Assembly (NCBI GenBank): GCA_965218295.1
Contig: CBDCKN010000003.1
Coordinates: 416,001 to 480,000 of the forward strand
Source: Longimicrobiales bacterium
GTDB lineage: Bacteria; Gemmatimonadota; Gemmatimonadetes; Longimicrobiales; Gaopeijiaceae
Length of the DNA stretch: 64,000 bases
Direction of reading: 5' to 3'
The position numbers and the translations under genes are program-made. The notes beneath the pieces are model-generated. The model saw only the letters and a list, made by a program, of their open reading frames with translations. It was not told the origin of the DNA and did not search any database. The stretch's first letter is position 1, and each line of letters begins with the position of its first letter. Of this stretch, positions 40,365-50,987 are shown one piece after another.

Positions 40365-41956
40365 TCAGCCCCTCCCGTCCCTGAGAATTTCCCGCGCCGC
40401 GTTATATCCCGGGTATCCGGTGACCCCGCCTCCGGGGTGCGTCCCCGCCCCACAGAGGTAGAGTCCGCCAATGGGCGTGCGATAGCGGGCGAGACCGGGA
40501 ACTGGCCGCATGAAGAACAGCTGATCCAGCGTGTGCTCTCCATGGTAGATGTTCCCTTCGGAGAGCCCTTAGGTTCTCTCTCGAGATCCAGCGGAGTCAG
40601 GACCTGACGGTGGACGATGGCCGACTCCAGGTTGGGCGCGTATTCGGACAACGTCCTCACGACGGCGTCCCCGAGCCGCTCTCGGGCGGCGGCGTCCCAC
40701 GCGCCCTCTTTGAGCCGGTAGGGTGCATACTGGGCCACGATGGACATGACGTGCTTCCCCGACTCGGCCAGGTCCGGGTCGGTGGCGGAGGGGATGGACA
40801 CCTCCAGGTAGGGGTGTCGGGAAGCCGCTCCGTACTTCGCGTCATCGTACGCCCGCTCCAGGTATTCCAGGCTGGGACCGATGGAGATGACGCCATTCAG
40901 ATGCGGGCCGCCCTCCGGGACCCCGGCAAAGCGGGGCAGCTCCCCCAGCACCAGATGAACCTTGGCGCTGGCGCCCTTGAACCGGATGTTCTTCACCTTG
41001 CGAACGAGCTCTGGCTCGAGCTCCGTCGGGCCCACGAGGTCGAAGAACGTCCGACGGGGATCGGCGTTGGAGACCACGCGGGCCGCCCGGAATTCCTCAC
41101 CGCTGGAGAGAGCCACGCCAGTGGCCCGGCCGTCCTTCACGATCACGCGCTCGACGGGCTGGCTCGTCCTCACGTCGACCCCGTGTCCTCGGGCCGCTGC
41201 CGCCAGAGCTCTGGTCAGCTCGCCCACACCACCCCTCACCCGAGTGGTCGGCCGGAGAACGCCGCTTCCAGCCCCGACGTGGTGGTGCAGGAGCGCGTAC
41301 GCAGTCCCCGCGGCCATGGGACCCTGGAACATCCCGGCTATGCCGGCGGCAGCCAGGGTCCCCTTGAGGACATCGCTCTCGAACCAATCCCCCAGCAGCT
41401 CGGACACGGCCATGGGGAGGATCCGCATGACCTCGACCATGTCCTTCTTGCCCAGCCGCCGGAGGCCGGCACCCAGCTTCAGAACGGACCAGAGATCCCG
41501 TGGGTCGTTGCCGGTCACATTGGGGGGCGTGGCGGACCAGGCGGCCTGGAGAACCGCTGCCGCCTTGCCGATCAGCTCACCGAAAGGGATCCAAGCCTCG
41601 GCGTCCGCCGGTGAGATCTGGCGCACGGCTTCCACGGTCCGCTTCGGTTCCCGCCAAAGCAGGAGATGGCGTCCGTCGGGCGCGGGAGCAAACACGGTGG
41701 GATCGGCCTGGACGACCTCCAGGCCGTGGCGCTTCAGATCCAGATCCCGGACCACCGCCGGATGGAGCCCACCGATTCGGTGCGCGGCCGTGTCGAACTT
41801 GAAGCCTGGAAAGACCTGCTCGGTGACGGCGGCTCCGCCGATCACCTCCCGCCGCTCCAGAACCAGCACCTTGAGGCCGGCCCTGCCCAGGTACGCGGCC
41901 GTCACGAGGCCGTTGTGGCCCGCGCCGATGACGATGGCGTCGTACGGGCCCGTCAT
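40365..41956 (-). pseudogene. Phytoene-dehydrogenase-like FAD oxidoreductase, disrupted near 40575
   Basis: IGAGHNGL, YLERAYDDAKYG; the C-terminal EGNIYHGE...LYLCGAGTHPGGGVTG lies in another frame that also has a TAA. Confidence 0.8.
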
Positions 41957-43542
41957 CGCCGCCGATCCCCGAGGATCTTCAAGGCGGCAAGCCTGCCGGA
42001 CGCGCCCGTGATGCCCCCGCCGGGATGCGTGCCCGACCCACACTGGTAGTAGCTCCTGACGGGCGTGGTGAAGTCGGCCCATCCCGCCGCGGGACGCAGG
42101 CAGAAGAGCTGATGGAGGGTCAGCTCCCCATGGAAGATGTTGCCCTCGGTCAGGCCCATCTCGCGGTCGATGTCCCGTGGGGTCAGCACCTGTCGATGCA
42201 GGATCGCCCCAGGGAGGTTTGGCGCGTACTGGGCCAGCGTGTCGACGACGGCGTCCCCGAACGCCTCACGCTTGGTCTCGTCCCAGCCTCCGTCCAGATC
42301 GGACGGAGCGTACTGGACGAAGATGGACATGACGTGCTTCCCGGGAGGGGCCATGCCCGGATCGATCATGGAGGGCAGGATGATGTCCATATAGGGCCGC
42401 CTCGAGAACCCTCCGTACTTGGCATCGTCGTACGCCCGCTCCAGGTAATCGACGCTGGGGCTGATGGAGATGGCGCCGCGCAGGTGGGGGCCCACGCCGG
42501 GGAGGCACGTGAAGTCGGGGAGCTCGCTCAGGGACAGGTTCACCTTGCCCGAAGACCCCCGGATCTTGAAGCGCCGGATGGCGTCGACGAAGTCGTCGGG
42601 AAGATCCTTGGGCTCGACCATCTGGAGGAACGTCCGCTTGGGATCCAGGGCCGAGACCACGATGGGCGCTCGGATCTCGTCCCCGTTCTCGAGGGCCACA
42701 CCCACCGCCTCGCCGTTCTTGACGATGACCTGCGCGACGCCGGCCTCTGTGCGGATGTCGGAGCCGAAGCGCCTCGCGGCCCCTGCGATCGACTCGCTTA
42801 CGCCGCCGGTCCCGCCCCGGGCGAACCCCCACGCGCGCATGGCGCCGTCGATCTCGCCCAAGTAGTGGTGCAACAGGACGTACGCCGTGCCGGGGGATCG
42901 GGGGCCGAGGAACGTGCCGATGATCCCGCTGGCCGACATGGTGGCCTTCAAGGGCTCCGTCTCGAACCACTCGTCGAGGTAGTCGGCGGAGCTCATGGTC
43001 ATGAGCTTGAAGAGGGCGTGGAACTGCTCCTCCCCCAATCCACGGAGATGCTTGGCCAGCCGGGCGAACCCGAGGAGGTCCTTGGGACTCAAGGACGTCG
43101 GGTCGGGCGGCACCATGGCCAGGATCGGCTTCGCCGCCACCGCGAGCTGGTACATGAGCTTGCCGAAGTCGTCGTACGCGTCGGCGTCCCGGGGCGAGTG
43201 CCGGTAGAGCTCTCGGCGCGTTTGATCGTGGTCCGCCCAGCGTACCAGATGGTCGCCATCCGGAAGCGGCGTGAACGTGCTCTCGAGCGGGAGGATCTCT
43301 AGGCCGTGGCGCGGCAGGTCCAGATCCCGGATGATCTCCGGGCGGAGCAGGCTCACCACGTAGGAGCACACGCAGTACTTGAAGCCCGGGTAGATCTCCT
43401 CCGTAACCGCAGCGCCCCCGAGCACGTGCCGCTTCTCCAGCACCACGACGCGCTTGCCGGCCCGGGCCAGGTACGCGGCGTTGACGAGGCCATTGTGGCC
43501 CCCGCCGATGACGATGGCGTCGTAGCGGTGGTCGGCGGTCAC
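41953..43542 (-). CDS. Phytoene-dehydrogenase-like FAD oxidoreductase
   Basis: IGGGHNGL, LGGAAVTEE, TEGNIFHGE, CGSGTHPGGG; GTG overlaps the upstream stop. Confidence 0.88.
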   Translation of the reverse strand: MTADHRYDAIVIGGGHNGLVNAAYLARAGKRVVVLEKRHVLGGAAVTEEIYPGFKYCVCSYVVSLLRPEIIRDLDLPRHGLEILPLESTFTPLPDGDHLVRWADHDQTRRELYRHSPRDADAYDDFGKLMYQLAVAAKPILAMVPPDPTSLSPKDLLGFARLAKHLRGLGEEQFHALFKLMTMSSADYLDEWFETEPLKATMSASGIIGTFLGPRSPGTAYVLLHHYLGEIDGAMRAWGFARGGTGGVSESIAGAARRFGSDIRTEAGVAQVIVKNGEAVGVALENGDEIRAPIVVSALDPKRTFLQMVEPKDLPDDFVDAIRRFKIRGSSGKVNLSLSELPDFTCLPGVGPHLRGAISISPSVDYLERAYDDAKYGGFSRRPYMDIILPSMIDPGMAPPGKHVMSIFVQYAPSDLDGGWDETKREAFGDAVVDTLAQYAPNLPGAILHRQVLTPRDIDREMGLTEGNIFHGELTLHQLFCLRPAAGWADFTTPVRSYYQCGSGTHPGGGITGASGRLAALKILGDRRR

Positions 43543-44732
43543 TTCGTAGCCCTCTTTCGCTCGGGGTTGAAGAAGGGCGTCTCGACGACTTGGGCCCTGG
43601 CGTTCCGTCGCTGGTGCTCCACGGTGACCTCCATGTGAACGTCGGTTCCGGGGCGAGAGTGGCTGGCGTGGAGGTGGGCCAGGGCGATGTACTTCTTGAG
43701 GATGGGCGACCAGCATCCGCTGGTGGCGTATCCGACCTGCTTGCCCTGGCTGTACACCGACAGGCTGGTCCGCCAGGCCACGGACGGCAGCTGAGGGGGC
43801 AGCCCGACCTTGGCGTAAACTTCCTTCAGTGATTCCCAGCTCACCTCGAGACCCCGGAGCTCCCACTCCGGCCCGCGGCGCTTTTCGTCGGCCAGTGCGC
43901 TCCGGCCCACGAAGGCTTCTTTGTCCAGCTTCACGGTCCAACCGAGACCGAGCTCGTAGGGCGAGGACTTCCAATCTTCGATGATGGCCCGGTGCGCCGG
44001 CACGTAGTCCACACCGATGAGGAGGAGCCCGGCCTCGATCCGAGCCACGTCCAGGGCCAGGATCCCGGCCGGCGTGAGCCCGTAGGGCCCTCCTGCGTCC
44101 ATCAGGGCATCCCAGAGGCGGGGGGCGTCGGGAGCGTCCACCCAGATCTCGTATCCCAGATCCCCGGTGTAGCCCGTCCGCGTGACGGTGACAGGAACAT
44201 CCCTTACCCGTGCCGTGGTGAGCCGGAAGAACCCCAGCCCGTCCACGGCCCCGTCGGAGGCGCTTCCAAGAATGGCCCGGGCGTTGGGCCCCTGGAGGGA
44301 GAGGGCGGCGAGTGAATCGGAGACGTCCGTGACCTCCACACCCAGGCCCAAGGCGTTGTCCAGGAGCCAACGCAGATTCGGTTCGGCGGCCGTGAGCCGG
44401 AAGGTGTCGTCTTCCAGGCGGGACAGCGTGCCGTCGTCCATGACCTTCCCGGCCTCGTCGCACCAGGGCGTGTAGAGCACCTGGCCGTGCACGCACTTGG
44501 ACACGTCACGCGTCACCACCCGGTCGAGGAAGCGCACGGCATCGCGGCCCCGAATCTCGTACTTGAAGAGGGGCGACACGTCGAACAGGGCAGCCGAGCT
44601 CCGGATGGCGTAGTACTCGCGATCGTGTGTGAGCTCGTATGATCCGGCGGTTACGTATCCGGCCCACCGGCGCCAGTTCTGGGCCTGGCAGAGGGGAGCC
44701 GTTCTGGAATGGAGGGGGGTGGTCCTCAGCAT
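43539..44732 (-). CDS. GcvT-family aminomethyltransferase/demethylase
   Basis: EYYAIR..AALFDVS, DDGT, LQGP, RTGYTGDLGYE, ARIEAG, PFFNP. Confidence 0.88.
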   Translation of the reverse strand: MLRTTPLHSRTAPLCQAQNWRRWAGYVTAGSYELTHDREYYAIRSSAALFDVSPLFKYEIRGRDAVRFLDRVVTRDVSKCVHGQVLYTPWCDEAGKVMDDGTLSRLEDDTFRLTAAEPNLRWLLDNALGLGVEVTDVSDSLAALSLQGPNARAILGSASDGAVDGLGFFRLTTARVRDVPVTVTRTGYTGDLGYEIWVDAPDAPRLWDALMDAGGPYGLTPAGILALDVARIEAGLLLIGVDYVPAHRAIIEDWKSSPYELGLGWTVKLDKEAFVGRSALADEKRRGPEWELRGLEVSWESLKEVYAKVGLPPQLPSVAWRTSLSVYSQGKQVGYATSGCWSPILKKYIALAHLHASHSRPGTDVHMEVTVEHQRRNARAQVVETPFFNPERKRATK

Positions 44733-44825
44733 GCCGATCCGAGGTGTGGGCGTCGGGGCGCTTGCCGTGGCGGGATCTTACCGGAGGACGGACAGGGGGG
44801 CAATCGGAGATCACCCCAGCCGGTA

Positions 44826-44854
44826 TTGACCGCTGGTTTCTCCAGTGGTATTAC
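44826..44854 (+). promoter_or_regulatory. Sigma70-type promoter, now separated from the CHRD gene by IS256
   Basis: TTGACC-N17-TATTAC preceded by a TG extension. Confidence 0.5.
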
Positions 44855-44893
44855 CACCGGCGGCGAGGTCTTGGACCTTCACACGAGGAGGCT

Positions 44894-46271
44894 GAGCTAG
44901 GATCAAAGGGTGTGTAAAAAGAGAGGCGACGTACCTTTCCGCTGAGTAATAACCAGCGAACTCCGGGTGACAGCCCGGGGGAAAGGAACGACGCCTCGTG
45001 AGGAAGAATACGGTGGGACCCGAGGGTGAGTCCAGGACGCCCGTGTGGGAAGTTCTGGAAGAAGTGGTTCGGGAGAAGGCGCAGGAGTTCATTCAACAGA
45101 TCTTGGAGGAGGAAGTCACGGAGTTGCTAGGGCGAGAGAAGTCAGAGCGCAGGAGGGTGGTGGACGCGACCGAGGGCTACCGCAACGGATACGGCAAGCC
45201 GAGGCGGCTGGCGATGAGCTCGGGCACGATCACACTCCGACGCCCTCGAGTTCGAGGCCTTGAGGAGCGGTTCGAGAGCCGCGTGCTGCCGTTGTTCGCG
45301 AGGCGGACGAAGGAGCTGGGCGCTCTGCTTCCGGAGCTGTATCTGCACGGACTGGCGGAGGGAGACTTCGAGTTGGCGATGCGGGGCCTGCTGGGCGAGG
45401 GGGCACCGCTGTCGAAGTCTTCGATTCGGCGGCTGCGGGCGGGATGGACGGCGGAGTTCGAGGAATGGAGCCAGCGTCGCCTGGAGGGTCGTGAGGTCGT
45501 CTACGTGTGGGCGGACGGGATCTATGTGAAGGCAGGGCTGGAGCGGGACAAAGCGGCGCTGCTGGTGGTGCTGGGTGCCATGCGAGACGGGACGAAAGAG
45601 GTGTTGGCCCTGAGAGCGGGCTACCGAGAGTCGGTCGAGTCCTGGTCCGAGGTGTTGCGGGACCTGAAGGCACGCGGCATCGAGGCGCCCCGGCTTCTGA
45701 TGGCGGACGGTAACGCTGCGATCTGGGGCGCAGTACGGCAGGTATGGCCTGAGGCGGGTGAGCAACGGTGCTGGAACCACAAGATGAGGAACGTGCTGGA
45801 CCGACTACCTCAGCGGGAGCAGGGCGAGGCGAAGGATCTTCTCCGGGCCGTGGTCTACGCACCGAGCCGGGCCGAGGCCCTGAAGGCCCGCGAGGTGTTC
45901 GCCCGACGCTATAGGCCGTGGTATCCGAAAGCAGTGGACGTACTCGAGGACGACTGGGAGCGGATGGTAGCGTTCTACGACTTCCCCGAGGACCACTGGA
46001 AGCATCTACGCACGACGAACGTGGTCGAGAGCCCGTTCGCCGCGGTACGGCTCAGGACGACAGCAGCGAAGCGGTTCAAGCGGGTCGAGAGCGCTACGGC
46101 GCTAATCTGGAAGTTGCTCTTGGTGGCTGAGAAGCGGTTCCGAAGGCTCGACGCTCCTCACCTCCTCAAGGACGTATTTGAAGGAAGAAAGTTCGAAGAC
46201 GGAAAGCCCGTCTCACACCAACAGCGGAAGAACGCCGCCTAATACGTTTACACACCTATTGACCCAACCTC
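44894..46271 (+). mobile_element. IS256-family insertion sequence (1378 bp)
   Basis: Imperfect TIRs GAGCTAGGATCAAAGGGTGTGTAAA / GAGGTTGGGTCAATAGGTGTGTAAA; 8-bp TSD AGGAGGCT at 44886-44893 and 46272-46279. Confidence 0.93.
44998..46242 (+). CDS. IS256-family transposase
   Basis: GYRNG, YVWADG, RES..SW...L.DLK.RG, QRCWNHK, LRTTNVVES. Confidence 0.95.
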   Translation: MRKNTVGPEGESRTPVWEVLEEVVREKAQEFIQQILEEEVTELLGREKSERRRVVDATEGYRNGYGKPRRLAMSSGTITLRRPRVRGLEERFESRVLPLFARRTKELGALLPELYLHGLAEGDFELAMRGLLGEGAPLSKSSIRRLRAGWTAEFEEWSQRRLEGREVVYVWADGIYVKAGLERDKAALLVVLGAMRDGTKEVLALRAGYRESVESWSEVLRDLKARGIEAPRLLMADGNAAIWGAVRQVWPEAGEQRCWNHKMRNVLDRLPQREQGEAKDLLRAVVYAPSRAEALKAREVFARRYRPWYPKAVDVLEDDWERMVAFYDFPEDHWKHLRTTNVVESPFAAVRLRTTAAKRFKRVESATALIWKLLLVAEKRFRRLDAPHLLKDVFEGRKFEDGKPVSHQQRKNAA

Positions 46272-46281
46272 AGGAGGCTTT

Positions 46282-46837
46282 ATGAAACACGCTCTTGGTG
46301 GATGCGTTATGGCGCTCATTACGTTGGCCTTGATCGTCGCCTGCGAGGGCGATGTCGGACCCGTAGGACCAGCGGGAGCAGCGGGATCGGCGGGACCGGC
46401 GGGACCGGCGGGACAGGCGGGGCAGCCGGGAATCGAGAGCTTCACCTCGGCAACTGGCTGGTACGAATGAGGTGCCCCCTGTCACGAGCATCGCAGCCGG
46501 CACCGCCAGCATCTCCGTCGTCGGGCCACTCCTCGTGTATAGAATCGATGTCACGGACATCACAGACGCGACGGGGGCCCATATTCACGGCCCGGCCGCC
46601 GCGGGGGTCAATGCGGGTATCCTTGTGGACCTCTGTGGTAGGGGCGTCGCTCCAGCGTGCGCAACCGGCACGGTTAACGGAGTCCTCGTGAGTGGCACGG
46701 CGGGGGCGGTGTCGGGCATGTCGTTCGAGGACCTGCTGGTTTTGTTCCGGAACGGGACCACCTACGTCAACGTTCACACGACCGTAAACCCCGGAGGCGA
46801 ACTCCGAGGGCAGGTCACGACGCTCGTGATGCAGTAG
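46282..46837 (+). pseudogene. Lipoprotein with collagen-like GxY linker and CHRD domain, frameshifted near 46455
   Basis: IVAC lipobox, GPAGAAGSAGPAGPAGQAG, then LAGTNEVPPV..GAHIHGP..YVNVHT..PGGELRGQ in another frame. Confidence 0.8.
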
Positions 46838-46980
46838 ACTCCCCGGGCTGGACCTCTGTACGTCGATGAATGAGCGGCGAGCGAGGTGTCGGCGGCATGG
46901 TCGAGCAGCAACTCTCGGGGGCGGGGGCGATGGCGGCGGAGTGACGGCCTCACAAGCCATCGAGCAGCTTCCTCGGCGCC

Positions 46981-47155
46981 CAGATCAAGTCACTCCACGA
47001 GCTCGGCTTCCTGGAGCGTAAGGAGAACGTCATCTTCCTCGGCCCTCCGGGCGTCGGGAAGACCCATCTGGCTATCAGTCTCGCTATCGCCGCCGCGCAG
47101 GGTGGCCGCCGCGAGGCTCCTCACCTCCCCCGAAGTGTGACATTTTCAACCGCCA
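46981..47155 (+). pseudogene. istB: IS21-family IstB ATPase remnant with a possible IS end
   Basis: QIKSLHELGFLERKENVIFLGPPGVGKTHLAISLAIAAAQGGRR (Walker A), followed by GTGTGACATTTTCAACCGCCACA. Confidence 0.75.
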
Positions 47156-47210
47156 CATCCATGTTAGACGAGCACATCGCTCACCCCATTCCAGCCATGG
47201 AGCACACTCG

Positions 47211-49856
47211 ATGAGAACGCCGCACAGAGCCCCGTTCGCTCCGCTCTTCTGCGCAGGGCTCCTGGCCTGTGCAGGGGATGCCACTCCGCCTGACGCCGGG
47301 GGGCGCTCCAGCGTGTTGGACACCCCACCGCCCGCACGGGTCGCGGGCTACGAGTGGGCGCGCCACGGCGGCAACTACATGTACAACTTCTACCTCCCCC
47401 CCACCCCTAGCTCCACGCCTTGGGCTCCCGCCTGGTCCCCCGACGGTGAGGCCATCGCCGTGGGCATGAGCGGATCCATCTGGTCGGTGGACATCGAGTC
47501 TGGCGTGGACACCGAGCCGGGCGTAGCCACCGAGCTCACGCGAGGCCCCGGGTACCACTCCTCGCCGGCGTGGTCACCCGACGGACGGTGGATCGTCTAC
47601 ACGGCGGACAACGGCGCGTCGGCCGGTGACCGCGCCCGCACGATCCAGCTGGAGGTCCTGGACCTGGAGTCGGGCGAGACCCATGCCCTCACCGACGATG
47701 AGTTCGTTTACGCAGACCCGGCATTCTCGCCGGACGGGACTCGGCTGGCCCACGTCTCTACCCGGCCGAACGGCTACTTCAACGTCCACGTACGTCCCAT
47801 CGAGGACGGGCAGTGGAGTGGGAACGCGGTGGCGGTAACGTCGGACAACGACTTCGGACGCTCCCGCCTCTACTTCGGCTCCATGGACATGCACCTCTCG
47901 CCGACGTGGATGCCGAACGGTGATGAGCTCCTCCTGGTCTCCAATCGGGACGTGGCACTGGGGTCGGGCAACGTGATCCGGGTACCGGCCGAGGCGGGCG
48001 GCATCGAGCGCCGCCGTACCGTCCTCGCCGAGCAGACCCTCTACCGGGCTCGGCCCGACGTGTCCCTGGACGGCAAACGGTTCGTGTACTCGTCGACGTC
48101 CGGCTCGGCGGACCAGTACAACAACCTCTACGTGCAGCCCACCGTGGGCGGCCAGCCGTACAAGCTCACCTTCTTTCAGCACGACGCCTTCCAGCCGCGC
48201 TGGTCGCCCGACGGCGAGTGGATCGCCTTCATATCCAACGAGGACGGGCTACCCCAGCTCGAGCTGCTGGAAACGTACGGTGGGGCTCGCCGCCGAATCG
48301 ACATCACCAAGCGGCGCTGGAAGGAGCCCATGGGCACGCTCCAGGTGACGGTCCGAGCCGAGGGCGTCTCTGGGCCCACCGCGGCGCGCGTAACCCTGAT
48401 AGCGGCCGACGGGAAGGTCTGGGCGCCCCATGACGCCTACGCGCGCATCGGCAGGGAGAGCGGCGGCTTCCCCGCCTTCCACATCACAGGGAGCTTCTCC
48501 CTGGAGCTCCCCCCGGGCCCGGCGGATCTCACGGTCATGAAAGGCTTCGAGCTCTACCCGGACCGGCGGCTGGTCGAGATCCAAGCCGGTGAGGTGACCC
48601 AGGTGGACGTCACCCTCCGGCGTTTGGCCGACTTCTCGGCGGAGGGCTGGCACAACGGATCCACCCACCTCCACATGAACTACGGCGGGAATCTCCACAA
48701 CACGTTGGAGAACATGATGATGATGTCCGACGCCGAGGATCAGGACGTCGTCAACGAGCTGGTCGCCAACAAAGACAATCGGATTCTGGATCACCAGTTC
48801 TTCGTCCCCGGGGGCGGGGCCCACCCGCTCTCCACCCCGGGGCGCGTCCTGGTGGTGGGACAGGAGTATCGGCCGCCCTTCTACGGCCACGTCTTCATGC
48901 TGGGCCTGGAGGATCACCTCATCTCGCCCTTCACGACGGGCTACGAGGGTACGGCCATCGAGAGCCTCTACCCCTCGAACACGGACATGCTCAGGAAGGC
49001 CAAGCTCCAGGGTGCCACCACGGGATACGTGCATGCCTTCCCCGGGGATGGAGATCCCTTGGAGGGCGAGCTGGGCGGGGGCAAGGGTTTCATCGTGGAC
49101 GCTGTCCTGGAGGCCCTGGACGCCTTAGAGTGGTCCACCGCGGGCCGAGCCGGCTTCTATCCCCTGTACGCGGTCTGGAACAACGACCTCAGGATCACGG
49201 CAGTGGGGGGCGAGGACGCCATCAGCAACCTCCACTGGACGCCTCTAGTGGGTGCAACGCGGACCTACGTTCGCACACCGGACGGCGAGCGCACCATGGA
49301 AGGCTGGTTCCAGGGGCTCCGCGACGGCCGTGCCTTCGTCACGAACGGGCCACTCGTCGAGCTCACAGTGAACGACAGCATTCCCGGCTCCGAGATCGAG
49401 CTGCCCGCCGGAGCCACGAGCGTCGCGGTCTGGGCGCGGGTCCGCTCCATCACACCCCTCACGCGGGTATGGCTCGTCCACAACGGTCGCGATGTTCAGG
49501 AGATCACGCTGTCCGAGGATCGTACGCGCGCCGAGTTCCAGGGCGAGGTCGCGATCGGCGGCAGCGGCTGGATCCACCTGAGAGCGGAGGGAGTACCTGA
49601 AGAGCACTACCCCCTCGACGCCCGCTTCGCCCAGGCGTTCACCAACCCGGTGTGGTTCACGGTGGACGGGGCACCCATCCGGGATGCAGCGTCGGCGGAG
49701 TACGGGATCCGGTGGATCGAGAAGCTCACGGCCATGGCGGAAGCATGGCCCGGCTGGCGCTCCGAGCACGAGTGGCGTGAGGTCCGGTACCAGTTCCTGC
49801 AGGCGGGTGGGGTATACGAGCGGCTGAAGGCCGAGGCGGGAGGCTCGACGCGGTGA
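47211..49856 (+). CDS. Lipoprotein: TolB/PD40 propeller plus CehA/McbA-like PHP metallohydrolase
   Basis: LLAC lipobox, repeated PAWSPDG, THLHMNYGG, GQEYR..GH, GGED, FVTNGP, AFTNPVW. Confidence 0.85.
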   Translation: MRTPHRAPFAPLFCAGLLACAGDATPPDAGGRSSVLDTPPPARVAGYEWARHGGNYMYNFYLPPTPSSTPWAPAWSPDGEAIAVGMSGSIWSVDIESGVDTEPGVATELTRGPGYHSSPAWSPDGRWIVYTADNGASAGDRARTIQLEVLDLESGETHALTDDEFVYADPAFSPDGTRLAHVSTRPNGYFNVHVRPIEDGQWSGNAVAVTSDNDFGRSRLYFGSMDMHLSPTWMPNGDELLLVSNRDVALGSGNVIRVPAEAGGIERRRTVLAEQTLYRARPDVSLDGKRFVYSSTSGSADQYNNLYVQPTVGGQPYKLTFFQHDAFQPRWSPDGEWIAFISNEDGLPQLELLETYGGARRRIDITKRRWKEPMGTLQVTVRAEGVSGPTAARVTLIAADGKVWAPHDAYARIGRESGGFPAFHITGSFSLELPPGPADLTVMKGFELYPDRRLVEIQAGEVTQVDVTLRRLADFSAEGWHNGSTHLHMNYGGNLHNTLENMMMMSDAEDQDVVNELVANKDNRILDHQFFVPGGGAHPLSTPGRVLVVGQEYRPPFYGHVFMLGLEDHLISPFTTGYEGTAIESLYPSNTDMLRKAKLQGATTGYVHAFPGDGDPLEGELGGGKGFIVDAVLEALDALEWSTAGRAGFYPLYAVWNNDLRITAVGGEDAISNLHWTPLVGATRTYVRTPDGERTMEGWFQGLRDGRAFVTNGPLVELTVNDSIPGSEIELPAGATSVAVWARVRSITPLTRVWLVHNGRDVQEITLSEDRTRAEFQGEVAIGGSGWIHLRAEGVPEEHYPLDARFAQAFTNPVWFTVDGAPIRDAASAEYGIRWIEKLTAMAEAWPGWRSEHEWREVRYQFLQAGGVYERLKAEAGGSTR

Positions 49857-50749
49857 GGACGGCTCTGATCCTGGGTGGGCTCGGCCTGGCCGGGTTGGGA
49901 GGGAGCTGGGTTGGCGGCCTGGAAGGCCAGACCCCGGCATCGGAGCAGCCCGCGCAGGCGAGCGCCCTCGCCCGATACTCGCTCGACCAGGATCATCGCG
50001 TGCAGTGGAGGCTGCCCAATCGGCTGCGGGAGATCTCGGGCCTCGCAGTAGCCTCGACGGATCGCGTGTTCACCCACAACGACGAAAGGGCGGTCATCTA
50101 CGAGATCGACGTCCGGGAGCAGCGTATCGCAAAGAGGTTCGCCCTGGGCGACCCGCCGGTCCGGAACGACTTCGAGGGCTTGTTCGTCCTCGAGGACCGG
50201 TTCTTCCTCGTGACGAGCGACGGTGTGCTCTTCGAGAGCCTCGAGGGCGACGACGGCGAGCGACTCGACTACAACATGTATGTGACCGGGGCCGGTCGCC
50301 TCTGCGAGGTGGAGGGTCTCGCTGCTAACGTGGCGCGCACTCACCTTCTCCTGGCCTGCAAGACTCCCAGAACCCGCGAGCTGCGACCGTGGGTTACCCT
50401 GCTGCCCTGGTCCATCGAGGAGCGCCGGCTGGAGCCGGACCGGATGATCCGGTTCCCCCTGGACGCGTTCACGGAGGAGGTGAAGGGCAACGAGTTCAGT
50501 CCCTCCGGCCTGTCTCAGGTTCTGGGGAGCGATCACTTCTTCCTGGTCGCCGCCGCGCAGAACGCGATTTCGGAAATCTCGCTGGACGGACGCTTCTGGG
50601 GGATCGCGTCACTCGACAGAGGGCGGCACCAACAAACGGAGGGGGTCGCCTTCCTGTCCGACGGCACCCTGGTCCTGGCCGACGAGGGGAGCGGGCGCGG
50701 TGGCCGGCTGACCTTCTACCGCATCGACACCGGCACTCCCGGGAACTGA
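49853..50749 (+). CDS. Secreted SdiA-regulated-like beta-propeller protein
   Basis: LREISGL, THNDE, DFEG, EVEGL, FSPSGL, QTEGVAF..G.L.LADEG. Confidence 0.75.
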   Translation: MRTALILGGLGLAGLGGSWVGGLEGQTPASEQPAQASALARYSLDQDHRVQWRLPNRLREISGLAVASTDRVFTHNDERAVIYEIDVREQRIAKRFALGDPPVRNDFEGLFVLEDRFFLVTSDGVLFESLEGDDGERLDYNMYVTGAGRLCEVEGLAANVARTHLLLACKTPRTRELRPWVTLLPWSIEERRLEPDRMIRFPLDAFTEEVKGNEFSPSGLSQVLGSDHFFLVAAAQNAISEISLDGRFWGIASLDRGRHQQTEGVAFLSDGTLVLADEGSGRGGRLTFYRIDTGTPGN

Positions 50750-50781
50750 CGGTCCACGGGCCGCTGGCTCCCTCGGCGTGT

Positions 50782-50947
50782 TAATGTTCCGTTGCCGAAG
50801 TTCGCGAGCCACCAAGAGGGTCGGGGCGCCGTGGGATCAAGGCGGGACGACGCGGCGTAGCGCAAGCTACGGTAAGGAGTCCCAACGCCGGGCCCACGGA
50901 TGCACCGTGCCCTCGACTGGCCGAGACACTTTGGTAACGGGACATTA
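50782..50947. mobile_element. MITE-like element, long copy (166 bp)
   Basis: About 20-bp TIR TAATGTTCCGTTGCCGAAGT / ACTTTGGTAACGGGACATTA; near-identical to the copy at 57830. Confidence 0.75.
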
Positions 50948-50987
50948 GATTCCCCCTTCCGGAATCCACAGCACCAAGAGGACATAC

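Noticed and set aside
41953..44496. 847-aa ORF as one large protein
   Set aside because: The N-terminal 318 codons overlap the GcvT-like gene in another frame; the real start is the GTG at 43542.
46259..46287. Outward hybrid promoter from the IS256 right end (TTGACC)
   Set aside because: The matching -10 position is weak and overlaps the start codon, so it could not drive the gene.
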